Part shown: positions 8,700 to 17,214 of the stretch, piece after piece
How the letters are laid out: each line of letters opens with the position of its first letter
Position numbering within the stretch: position 1 is the stretch's first letter
Source: Alkanindiges sp. WGS2144
Lineage (GTDB): Bacteria; Pseudomonadota; Gammaproteobacteria; Pseudomonadales; Moraxellaceae
DNA: 32,000 nt
Reading direction: 5' to 3' (one strand)
Assembly: GCF_043950625.1 (NCBI RefSeq)
Contig: NZ_CP171007.1
The notes under the pieces: generated by a model
What the model was told of the DNA's origin: nothing
The model's input: the letters and a program-made list of their open reading frames with translations, nothing else
The model's database searches: none
Program-made: the position numbers and the translations under genes

Positions 8700-10644
8700 G
8701 CTGTTTTGCAGTCACCGTTTCAATCAGGCTATTAACCACAGCCGGATCAGCCAGCGTTGAAGTATCCCCAAGGGTATCCAGCTCATTGGCCGCAATTTTA
8801 CGCAAAATACGACGCATGATTTTACCTGAGCGGGTTTTAGGTAATGCTGGTGCCCAGTGAATGGCATCTGGCGTGGCAATAGGACCAATTTCACGGCGCA
8901 CCCAGTCACGCAGCTCCTTACGCAATGCTTCGCTTGGCGCCACATCAGCCTGCAAGGTCACATAGGCACAAATACCCTGACCCTTAATTTCGTGTGGCAT
9001 ACCCACTACAGCAGCTTCTGCTACCGATTCATGCGCGACTAGTGCACTTTCTACTTCGGCAGTGCCTAAACGATGTCCAGATACATTCAGCACATCATCC
9101 ACACGGCCGGTAATCCAGTAATAACCATCGGCATCACGGCGGGCACCATCACCAGTAAAATACATGCCATTAAAGGTAGAAAAATAAGTTTCAAGAAAAC
9201 GCTGGTGATCACCATAAATAGTACGCATTTGCCCCGGCCAGGAATCCAGAATCACCAGATTACCCTCACCAGCACCTTCTATGATATTGCCTTCACCATC
9301 CACAATGGCTGGCTGCACACCATACAGCGGTTTGGTGGCAGAACCCGGTTTCAGGGCAGTTGCACCCGGAATAGGGGCAATCAAAATACCACCGGTTTCG
9401 GTTTGCCACCAGGTATCCACTATGGGGCAGCGGCCTTCGCCCACCACATTGTAATACCATGACCAAGCTTCAGGATTAATTGGCTCACCTACAGAACCCA
9501 GCAGGCGCAAGCTGCTACGGTCACTCTCGCGCACATAATGATCCCCTTCACGCATCATGGAACGGATCGCCGTAGGTGCGGTATATAAAATGGTGACATC
9601 ATGCTTATCAATAATATGCCCAATACGCGCCCAGGTTGGATACTGCGGTACACCTTCAAACATCAGTGTGGTGGTACCATTGGCCAGAGGGCCGTACAGT
9701 AAATAACTATGTCCGGTAATCCAGCCCACGTCAGCAGTACACCAGTACACATCATCCTCTTGCAAATCAAACACTTCACGGAACGTACTGGCTGCATACA
9801 CCAGATAGCCGCCGGTGGTATGCAGCACGCCTTTGGGCTTGCCCGTAGAACCAGAGGTATACAAAATAAATAACGGAGCTTCTGCCTCCATAGGTTCTGG
9901 TGGGCAATGTTCGTTTACTTCGGCAATGAGCTCGTGATACCAGAAATCACGACCATCCTGCATTTGAGTGGCTTGTGGAGTGTGATATACGGTAATCACA
10001 CTGCTAACCGTTTCGGTGCCTGGCATTTGTAGCGCAGCATCCACATTCACTTTTAGCGGAACAGACTTGCCACCACGCAAACCCTCATTGGCAGTAATCA
10101 CGACTTTGGACTGGCTATCGATAATCCGGCTGGCCAGAGAATCTGGAGAAAAACCACCAAACACCACACAATGCACCGCGCCAATTCGGGTACAGGCCAG
10201 CATGGCAATCGCGGCCTCTGGAATCATGGGCATGTATAAGGTTACCCGATCACCTTTTTGCACGCCCCGTTTTTTAAGTACGTTGGCAAAGCGGCACACC
10301 TCATGGTGCAACTCGCGGAAAGAAATAATCTTGTGCTGCGAAGGATGATCCCCTTCCCAGATAATCGCTGGCTTGTCTGGATGTTTAGCCAGATGGCGGT
10401 CAAGGCAGTTGGCTGATACGTTCAGCTGGCCATCGCCAAACCATTCCACATGAAAATCTTCTCTGTTAAAAGATACATCCCGCACCCGAGTAAATGGCTT
10501 GATCCAGTCTACAATTTGCGCCTGCGCATGCCAGAACTGCTCGCTGTTTTGCACTGACTGGAAATATTTGTCCTGATACTGCTCGGCAGTGGTACGTGCG
10601 GTTTTTAGGAAATGCTCAGGTACGGGATACAATTGTTGTGACAT
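8680..10644 (-). CDS. acs: Acetyl-CoA synthetase (AMP-forming)
   Basis: 654 aa from [12 protein letters not shown], with AAGGAAG SD-like sequence a few nt upstream of the ATG. The ORF-track start at 10701 adds 19 non-conserved residues. Typical Acs blocks are present: [69 protein letters not shown]. Confidence 0.95.
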   Translation of the reverse strand: MSQQLYPVPEHFLKTARTTAEQYQDKYFQSVQNSEQFWHAQAQIVDWIKPFTRVRDVSFNREDFHVEWFGDGQLNVSANCLDRHLAKHPDKPAIIWEGDHPSQHKIISFRELHHEVCRFANVLKKRGVQKGDRVTLYMPMIPEAAIAMLACTRIGAVHCVVFGGFSPDSLASRIIDSQSKVVITANEGLRGGKSVPLKVNVDAALQMPGTETVSSVITVYHTPQATQMQDGRDFWYHELIAEVNEHCPPEPMEAEAPLFILYTSGSTGKPKGVLHTTGGYLVYAASTFREVFDLQEDDVYWCTADVGWITGHSYLLYGPLANGTTTLMFEGVPQYPTWARIGHIIDKHDVTILYTAPTAIRSMMREGDHYVRESDRSSLRLLGSVGEPINPEAWSWYYNVVGEGRCPIVDTWWQTETGGILIAPIPGATALKPGSATKPLYGVQPAIVDGEGNIIEGAGEGNLVILDSWPGQMRTIYGDHQRFLETYFSTFNGMYFTGDGARRDADGYYWITGRVDDVLNVSGHRLGTAEVESALVAHESVAEAAVVGMPHEIKGQGICAYVTLQADVAPSEALRKELRDWVRREIGPIATPDAIHWAPALPKTRSGKIMRRILRKIAANELDTLGDTSTLADPAVVNSLIETVTAKQHEHTHC

Positions 10645-10748
10645 GCTAACTTCCTTGCAAAATTCTTGTTCGAGGCCAGCCCTACCAGACCAGCTAGACA
10701 CTTCATCATTTCCGAGTATTACAAGCTGTCTGTTGGCGTGGCAATCAT

Positions 10749-10758
10749 GCTTTGGTCT
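10749..10758. promoter_or_regulatory. GCTTTGGTCT, a one-mismatch variant of the GACTTTGGTCT box, 105-114 nt upstream of the acs ATG
   Basis: Read directly: atcatGCTTTGGTCTtatc, compared with aatGACTTTGGTCTagc at 3353..3369. Orientation relative to the downstream gene is the same as at yjcH-actP. Confidence 0.3.
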
Positions 10759-10888
10759 TATCTTACGTTGAAAGCATTTAAAATCACTGGCATCAATTTA
10801 CATTAAATTAGCGCAGAACAGCAAAGCGGTTCATTCATTTTTGTAATAAAACGTGCAAGCTCATAACCTGTGGGCGCTAAGCCGGCAT

Positions 10889-10926
10889 AAAAAAACCGTA
10901 ACTCCAAACCAGGCTAGAGTTACGGT
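10889..10926 (-). terminator. Rho-independent terminator of the porin gene
   Basis: The minus strand reads ACCGTAACTC-tagcctggtttg-GAGTTACGGTttttttt: a 10-bp perfect stem and a T7 run, about 70 nt after the stop. Confidence 0.7.
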
Positions 10927-10996
10927 CAGGGACAGGAACTTGCAGTTAAAATTCCGGCTTAAATCCAAGCTTAAAACCCGGGCTTAAAATCCAGAC

Positions 10997-12391
10997 CTAA
11001 AAATTGTAACGCGCCATTAAATTAAGATGCGACTGTTTGCCTTCATCACCATTAAATACCTCGCGCGTGCCATAGGTGTACTCAGTCCCCAGATCAATAC
11101 TGGCAACCGGCTTGTAAAACACATTAATTGAGGCCTGCTTCAAGGTTTTGTTGGCTGCCGGGTTAGCCTGTGCATAATGGCTGCTGTCCTTAAAATCCAC
11201 CCAGCTTAAGGCCAGCGTACTGCGTAATTTGGCATCAAAACTATGGGTTAGGCCCAGCTGGGCACTGTTGTATTCATCAAAATACACGTTCCCCGTAGCG
11301 GCATTAACGGAAAAACCCGTGCCCGTGCCATAGTTAAATGCACCATCACCTTTGACATGGAAAAACTGCCCCGTTAGCTTATTGGCTGGATCAAGCTGAT
11401 ACCATGCCCCAATGGCAGCGCCATAACCGGTTTTTTCGTCCTCACGGCCAGTGTTGCGGGTTTTGCCATCTTCAGTAATGGTCGCAATACCGCGTTTCTC
11501 ATGCAGCATCCCACGCAGGGCAAAAGCGCCCCTGTTATCGGCCCGCTTATGCTCCAGCCGTGCTGTCAGTGCCGGGAAACGGGCATCTACACTGCTGTCT
11601 TCTTCTCCGGCAATGGTCAAAGCAGTGGCATCATTCAGCGGATGGGTATAGCGAATTTGCGGAGCACGCCGGATTGAGCTGCCTGCCACACCATTGAAAT
11701 CTACCGTCTCGGCGGCATATTCCTGTCCGGCAAACGGAGACCAGGTCTGACCAAACAGCCAGTTCCCTGTGGTCAGGTAAGCATGGCGAATCCTAAACGT
11801 AGCAGCGCCTGTGCCCCCATTACCCCAAAAGTCCCCTTCAATTTTACCCCCTACATCACCAATGACCGTTGGGGTTTTAAAATCCACTCCCACACGGGTG
11901 ACTGCAGCAGTAAAGGCAGTTTTGTTTTCAACCGGGTCACTGCTATCTAGCGGCTGGGTATGTAAATTACTAAACTTGCCGCTAGGTTGCCCCTTAAAGT
12001 CATGCAACATATCAGCGCGAATAAATCCATACAACTTGGCAGCAGTTTTACCATCAGGCAACATGGCCCAGCCCTGCTTGTTGCTGGCAACCGGTACCTC
12101 TGGCATGGGCTGACCCGCTTCAGCACTTTGCGCCGGTGCAATACTGGCACTGGCAGGCTGCACCACGCTGGCCGCTAGCGCAGTATTTGCTGCTGTAGCG
12201 CTGGCAGCAGAAGAGCCCGTAGATTGCTGAGCACTGCTGAGCTGCTGCACCATTTGCTTTAGCTGGTTAACCTCCTGACGCAGGGCTTCAAGCTCAGCCT
12301 GATCAGTGGCGGCAAAACTGCTACTACATAAACCTGCCATCAACAAGGCTACGGTTAATTGATGCAACAGATGGGGAGAAGATTGCTTCAT
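10997..12391 (-). CDS. Outer-membrane porin with an N-terminal periplasmic coiled coil (DcaP-like)
   Basis: Start taken at MKQSSPHLL. The signal peptide ends SSSFA/ATDQ. A heptad-like ELEALRQEVNQLKQMVQQL follows, then an Ala/Ser-rich linker, then alternating beta-strand sequence ending ...NLMARYNF with an aromatic C-terminus. This layout matches my memory of Acinetobacter DcaP; the family call needs an HMM check. Confidence 0.6.
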   Translation of the reverse strand: MKQSSPHLLHQLTVALLMAGLCSSSFAATDQAELEALRQEVNQLKQMVQQLSSAQQSTGSSAASATAANTALAASVVQPASASIAPAQSAEAGQPMPEVPVASNKQGWAMLPDGKTAAKLYGFIRADMLHDFKGQPSGKFSNLHTQPLDSSDPVENKTAFTAAVTRVGVDFKTPTVIGDVGGKIEGDFWGNGGTGAATFRIRHAYLTTGNWLFGQTWSPFAGQEYAAETVDFNGVAGSSIRRAPQIRYTHPLNDATALTIAGEEDSSVDARFPALTARLEHKRADNRGAFALRGMLHEKRGIATITEDGKTRNTGREDEKTGYGAAIGAWYQLDPANKLTGQFFHVKGDGAFNYGTGTGFSVNAATGNVYFDEYNSAQLGLTHSFDAKLRSTLALSWVDFKDSSHYAQANPAANKTLKQASINVFYKPVASIDLGTEYTYGTREVFNGDEGKQSHLNLMARYNF

Positions 12392-12520
12392 TATGTCCTT
12401 CCTTTGCGGTATATCCTGGGTGTTGCCGGTGAACACGGACTGCCTTCACTGGCATTTGTTCTAATCAATTTTGCAATTTGCTTATTTACTATATAAGTTT
12501 TGCTCATCGTTTCTATTCGC

Positions 12521-12528
12521 CCAAAGTC
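12521..12528 (+). promoter_or_regulatory. CCAAAGTC box in the porin / mscS divergent region
   Basis: Read directly: ttcgCCCAAAGTCTTAGaaac. Its reverse complement CTAAGACTTTGGG nearly matches CTTAGACTTTGGT at 3336..3348. It lies 105-112 nt upstream of the mscS-family ATG and 130-137 nt upstream of the porin ATG. Confidence 0.3.
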
Positions 12529-12632
12529 TTAGAAACGGACTGTTTTTGCTTATTTTTAATACCCAATATCACAAACAAAAACGTGACAAACAGGCAAAAT
12601 AAGTACAATTTTATACGGCAGGACTGCGCAAT

Positions 12633-13565
12633 ATGGCAGATAAAAAACCTCATGACGCCTCAGGAAACGCCGCGGATGCGCTAAGCGATGCAACCCAGGC
12701 CACTGCTGAACTGGTACAAAAAGCCGGAGAAGCCACCACGCATAAGGTGATTGAAAAAGCCACCAAATATAAAGATGTGTACACCACCGTGCATGAGATG
12801 GCCGAACATTTCTGGGAGCGGGTGCCTTACCTGATCATTGCATTGTGCGTGTTTTTATTGTTCTGGTTGATATCCAAGTTTTTTAAGTTTTTTGTGACCC
12901 GGGTCATCAGCCGGCGCACCAAACGCAAACAGAATCTGGTGATGGTACTTAATCGGATCGGCAGTACTTTTATTGTATTTATTGGCTTTATGATTGCACT
13001 AGTGATTGCCATTCCAGGCTTCACTCCGGCACAGCTCATCAGTGGTCTGGGCATTGGCTCAGTTGCCATAGGCTTTGCCTTTAAAGATATTTTCCAGAAC
13101 ATGCTCTCGGGTATTTTAATCTTGCTGGGCGAACCATTTCGTATTGGCGATGAAATTGTGAGCGGTGCTTTTACCGGTACTGTAGAAAACATTCAAATCC
13201 GCGCCACATATATCCGCACGGGTGATGGCCGCCGTATTGTCATTCCCAATGCCAACCTGTTCACCAATCCGGTCACGGTCAACACGGCATTTTTAAAGCG
13301 GCAGTGTGAGTTTGAAACCAGCATTAGCTATACCAATGACATTCAGGCCGTTAAACAAATTATTCTGGAAGTGATGGATCATATTCAAACCGTGCAGACC
13401 CAGCCTGCGGCAGCCGTACAGGTCAAAACCCTGGGAGAAGCTTTTATTGTTTTGCATGTCAGCTGGTGGGTGGATGTCAAGGATACCAGCATTGGCGCCT
13501 CCATTGATGAAGTACAGACCCGAGTCAAAGAAGCATTTGCACAACAAGGTGTGGTGATTGCTTAA
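12633..13565 (+). CDS. Mechanosensitive ion channel family protein (MscS-like)
   Basis: 310 aa with AGGA 9 nt upstream of the ATG. TM helices are followed by the MscS pore/beta-domain signature GIGSVAIGFAFKDIFQNMLSGILILLGEPFRIGDEI...G.VE.I..R.T.IRT.DGR...IPN. Confidence 0.85.
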   Translation: MADKKPHDASGNAADALSDATQATAELVQKAGEATTHKVIEKATKYKDVYTTVHEMAEHFWERVPYLIIALCVFLLFWLISKFFKFFVTRVISRRTKRKQNLVMVLNRIGSTFIVFIGFMIALVIAIPGFTPAQLISGLGIGSVAIGFAFKDIFQNMLSGILILLGEPFRIGDEIVSGAFTGTVENIQIRATYIRTGDGRRIVIPNANLFTNPVTVNTAFLKRQCEFETSISYTNDIQAVKQIILEVMDHIQTVQTQPAAAVQVKTLGEAFIVLHVSWWVDVKDTSIGASIDEVQTRVKEAFAQQGVVIA

Positions 13566-13596
13566 GCGCTTGTTTGGCAGTCAAGTAAACAAGCGC
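13566..13596. repeat. Perfect 10-bp inverted repeat (GCGCTTGTTT-N11-AAACAAGCGC) bridging the 3' ends of the convergent mscS-like and rsmE genes
   Basis: Read directly. The left arm starts 1 nt after the mscS-like stop (13563..13565) and the right arm lies inside the last codons of rsmE. No U-tract on either strand. Confidence 0.5.
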
Positions 13597-14288
13597 CCTA
13601 TAATACTGGCCGCTGCGGTTTCGGTTCGTAAAATCCGGCGACCCAGACTGGCAGGCTGGCAGCCATTTTGCTGGAGCAATTCAACTTCAAATGGAATAAA
13701 TCCTCCTTCCGGGCCAATTACGAGCACACAAGGCTGGTTTAAACCAACAGGCATGGGCTGTGCTGCATACGGATGTGCCACCAGCGCTTGCCTGCCCTGA
13801 ATCAAGCCGGGCAGTACATCCTCTACAAAAGGCCGAAAGCGCTTAAAGCAGTGGACTTTCGGCACTATGGTATCGCCAGCCTGCTCCATTCCAAGCGTGA
13901 TGTAACTGTCCAGTTGCTGCAAAAATGGAGTCTGCCAGTAGCTTTTTTCCACCCGGTAACTATGAATTAAAACTAGTTGCTCAACTCCTAGCGTCACCGC
14001 ATCCATGACCAGACGGCGTAATACTTTGGGCCGAGGCAAGGCCACAATTAGGGTTAAGGGCAACTTCTCTGGTGGTGGTTGATCCAGCTGCAATTGCTCT
14101 AAAGTAATGTGTTGCGCATCAATGTGTTTGACTATTGCTGTGCCTTTAAGGCCATTTTTTTGGCCAACTTTGATGCAATCGCCTGCTTTTAGTTTTAAAT
14201 GCTGCTGGACGTGCTGGATACGGCGGCAATCCGTAATAATGGCCTGCTGCTGATTAATTTGCTCCACATCCAGTAATAATAAGTTCAT
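13581..14288 (-). CDS. rsmE: 16S rRNA (uracil1498-N3)-methyltransferase RsmE
   Basis: 235 aa. It has a PUA-like N-terminus and a SPOUT C-terminus with VLVIGPEGGF...E...L...G.....LG.RILR.ETA. Confidence 0.85.
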   Translation of the reverse strand: MNLLLLDVEQINQQQAIITDCRRIQHVQQHLKLKAGDCIKVGQKNGLKGTAIVKHIDAQHITLEQLQLDQPPPEKLPLTLIVALPRPKVLRRLVMDAVTLGVEQLVLIHSYRVEKSYWQTPFLQQLDSYITLGMEQAGDTIVPKVHCFKRFRPFVEDVLPGLIQGRQALVAHPYAAQPMPVGLNQPCVLVIGPEGGFIPFEVELLQQNGCQPASLGRRILRTETAAASIIGRLFT

Positions 14289-14289
14289 T

Positions 14290-15579
14290 TTATAAAATTA
14301 ATAATTTATCCAGTACGGCCAGTTGCCGCGCCAACGCACCCTGATTGTCCTGCATCACTTTCAGTGCATTTTGCTGTTGCTGTTGTGCCAGTGCAGGCTG
14401 CCTTAACCAGTTCAGCCATATTTGCATCAATTCTGCTGCTGACGTCACCTGCGTTATTGCCTGCGCCTGCAATAGCTGCTCGACAATGACTTTAAAGTTA
14501 AAGGTATGCTCACCCAGCACCACCGGAATACCCACCCGAATCGGTTCCAGTGGATTATGTCCACCAGTGTTGCTCAGCGACCCACCGACAAAGGCCATAT
14601 TGGCCATTGTATACCATAGCCACAATTCACCCATACTATCGGCCAGATACACTTGCGCGTCGGCCTCAATCACCTGCTGCTGACTACGACGAAATACCAC
14701 AAAACCCTGTTGCTCAATTAAAGCGGCTACCCGGTCAAAACGTTCAGGATGACGGGGCACCATAATCAACACGGCCTGTGGAAACTCTGCCAGTAATTGC
14801 TTAAAACAGGTCAGTATCTCGGCTTCTTCCGGTTCATGCGTACTGGCCGCCACCAGCACCGGGCGATTAGCCAACTGCCATTGCTGTTTAAGCTGCTCAG
14901 CCTGAGCCAATAAATGCTCGGGTGGCTGAATATCAAACTTGACACTACCCGTCACTACGACTTTATTTTTGTCTGCGCCCAGATCAATAAAGCGCTGGGC
15001 GGTATCCGCATCCTGTGCCGCAATGCAGCTTAGTTGTTCCAGCATAAGCCTGGTTAAGTGGCTAACCCTGGCGTAACCACCGGCCGAACGCGCTGATAAG
15101 CGGGCATTGAGTAAAACAATGGGAATATTGGCCTGATGAGTCAATGCCATGGCATTTGGCCATAACTCAGTTTCAATTAACACAAACAGCATGGGTTGGT
15201 AGCGTCTAAGAAACTGTCGCATTAAACCCTGCGTATCTACCGGTAAAAAGACTGCTTCGAACAGTTCAGGGTATTGATCTACAAACAGGCTTTTAGCCCG
15301 TGCCTGTCCGGTACGGGTGGTATTGGTCACCAGCACTGCCCGGCTATTTTTTAAGAAATATTCAATGATCGGCTGCGCCGCATTGGTTTCACCCACAGAC
15401 ACCGCATGAATCCAGATCACCTGGGTATTTTTTGCCATGGAGGCAACATGAAAACGCTCAATCACCTCCGCCTGATAATCAGGTTGTTTGTGTGAGCGCT
15501 GCCAGACCCGCAGACGATATAAAGGCTGGATCAACGCAATTAAACATTGATACCAGAATGGCGGTTTTTGCATAGACAT
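14290..15579 (-). CDS. waaA: 3-deoxy-D-manno-octulosonic acid (Kdo) transferase WaaA/KdtA
   Basis: Collinear with my memory of E. coli WaaA (LIQPL..., HAVSVGE, ETELWPN, NARLSARS, GS.KFD, STHE.EE, VPRHPERF, D.MGEL, FVGGS....GGHNPLE, HTFNF). The start is uncertain: candidates are 15618, 15579 and 15573. The stop is 1 nt from the rsmE start. Confidence 0.9.
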   Translation of the reverse strand: MSMQKPPFWYQCLIALIQPLYRLRVWQRSHKQPDYQAEVIERFHVASMAKNTQVIWIHAVSVGETNAAQPIIEYFLKNSRAVLVTNTTRTGQARAKSLFVDQYPELFEAVFLPVDTQGLMRQFLRRYQPMLFVLIETELWPNAMALTHQANIPIVLLNARLSARSAGGYARVSHLTRLMLEQLSCIAAQDADTAQRFIDLGADKNKVVVTGSVKFDIQPPEHLLAQAEQLKQQWQLANRPVLVAASTHEPEEAEILTCFKQLLAEFPQAVLIMVPRHPERFDRVAALIEQQGFVVFRRSQQQVIEADAQVYLADSMGELWLWYTMANMAFVGGSLSNTGGHNPLEPIRVGIPVVLGEHTFNFKVIVEQLLQAQAITQVTSAAELMQIWLNWLRQPALAQQQQQNALKVMQDNQGALARQLAVLDKLLIL

Positions 15580-15758
15580 GTGAATAGGCGTAGGCATCTC
15601 AAAATACCAGGCCAGCATTAAAAAAAATACCTGCCTGTTTTTAAAAAATTGCCTCAGTGTAACGTGCTACCCCCTATTCCCCAAAAGCTTTCTGGTTTTT
15701 AAATGCATGGTGTTGCAGTTCATATCAACAGCACCTTTTGCAGGCTATTAACACAGCA

Positions 15759-16854
15759 TTACAGTCCCATCTTTAAACTGGCTTCAATAAACTTATCCAG
15801 ATCACCGTCTAGTACTGCACCTGTGTTAGAAGTTTCCACACTAGTACGTAAATCCTTTACACGGGAATCATCCAGCACATAAGAGCGAATCTGGCTACCC
15901 CAGCCAATATCCGACTTGGTATCTTCCAGTGCCTGCTGGGCTTCACTGCGCTTCTGGATTTCCAGCTCATACAGCTTGGCACGCAGCAACTTCCAGGCAC
16001 GATCCCGGTTAGCATGCTGACTACGCTCATTCTGGCAGGCGACAACTGTTCCGGTAGGAATATGGGTTAAGCGCACCGCAGAATCGGTTTTGTTAATGTG
16101 CTGACCACCAGCACCAGAAGCCCGGTAGGTATCAGTACGCACATCGCTGGGATTGATATCAATGTCAATATCATCATCCACTTCGGGCGAAACAAACACC
16201 GCACTAAACGACGTATGCCGGCGGTTACCACTATCAAAAGGCGACTTGCGTACCAGACGGTGTACCCCGGTTTCGGTTCTTAGCCAGCCATAAGCATATT
16301 CGCCTTCCACCCGTATGGTCGCGCTTTTTATACCTGCCACATCACCGTCGGACTCTTCCATCACCTCAGCCTTAAAGCCATGGCGCTCGATCCAGCGCAG
16401 ATACATCCGCAATAGCATGGAAGCCCAGTCCTGCGCCTCTGTACCGCCTGAACCCGCCTGAATATCCAAAAAGCAGTTATTCGGATCCATGGGATTGCTA
16501 AACATACGACGAAATTCCAGTTTGCTGACCGCGTCATCTGCCGTATTTAATTCGCTGCTTACATCCTCCAGCAGGCTTGCATCATCGGCTTCAACAGCCA
16601 GATCCAGCATGGCTTGCGCATCATCTAACTGCTGAGTCAACTTATCTAGCACCTCAACAATGTTTTCAAGCGCCCCTTTTTCTTTAGCCATGGCTTGTGC
16701 CCGGCTCTGGTCATTCCAGATGCTGGGGTCTTCCAGCTCGCGCAATACTTCTTCTAAGCGTTCTTTTTTGACATCATAGTCAAAGATACCCCCTAAGGGT
16801 TTGTCCACGGCTACGTAACTCTTTTAAACGCACCAGATACGGATTAATTTCCAC
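15759..16854 (-). CDS. prfB: Peptide chain release factor 2, join(16854..16783, 16781..15759) via a programmed +1 frameshift
   Basis: Frame 0 starts at GTG 16854 and reads [24 protein letters not shown], then an in-frame TGA. The +1 frame continues [12 protein letters not shown]... through SPF and GGQHVN-type motifs ([16 protein letters not shown]). Confidence 0.95.
16779..16794 (-). promoter_or_regulatory. RF2 autoregulatory +1 frameshift site AGG GGG TAT CTT TGA C
   Basis: The minus strand reads AGGGGGTATCTTTGAC exactly. This is an internal SD-like AGGGGG, then 3 nt, then the CTT slippery codon and the poor-context stop TGA C, matching the E. coli prfB site as I recall it. Confidence 0.9.
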
Positions 16855-17214
16855 AGAAAAGCGCTCTCAAAACAGGTTAAAAACAACTGATTATTTTAGC
16901 ATGAGTTGTAATCAGACACAGAATAAATATGCAGCCCACAACATAAACAAGCTGACAAACCTACATAAAAGCAGCCACTCAGCAAAATTTAATATAACCC
17001 GGGCACATTTGTTACACGCGAATGCAAATCTAGGGAAATCTTTACAAATTATGTAATCTTCACCGCTACATTGAAATAATTTTACATATTAATTAATTGA
17101 TTTCAATTATCTTTTAAATCTAAACTGAGCCTAACAACGGGAACTTGTTCATTGCAACTTGCCCAGAACGGCGGCAATTGTGTAACAAATCATTTTATTA
17201 TTTGGAGACCTATC

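Noticed and set aside
10102-10109. Exact GACTTTGG copies inside coding sequence (10102..10109 in acs; 17860..17867 in porin paralog 1), plus near-matches such as CCAAAGCATG at 28062 in aceE
   Set aside because: They sit within ORFs where TTTGG encodes Phe-Gly or similar, and they are not in promoter positions. I treat them as background. They temper, but do not remove, the intergenic enrichment reported above.
10645-10701. N-terminal extensions implied by the longest-ORF calls (acs 10701, porin 12436, glmM 23259, ykgJ-like 25368, aceE 30086, M23 31147, porin paralogs 17152/18123, IS orfA 1117)
   Set aside because: The extra residues are not part of the conserved family N-termini. Internal ATGs with an SD-like sequence, or a signal peptide starting right after them, fit better. 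The exact starts remain unverified.
10950-10992. Three GCTTAAA(A) repeats just after the porin stop codon, and a similar GCTTAAAACC after the guaB stop (23366..23378)
   Set aside because: The repeats are short, AT-rich and imperfect, with no stem-loop potential or coding context. Most likely this is chance or simple sequence near the terminators.
16901-17059. 52-codon ORF (MSCNQTQNKYAAHNINKL…) in the 360-bp AT-rich prfB / porin-1 intergenic region
   Set aside because: It has no SD and an Asn/Lys/His-rich composition typical of AT-rich non-coding DNA. The region is better explained as divergent promoter DNA.
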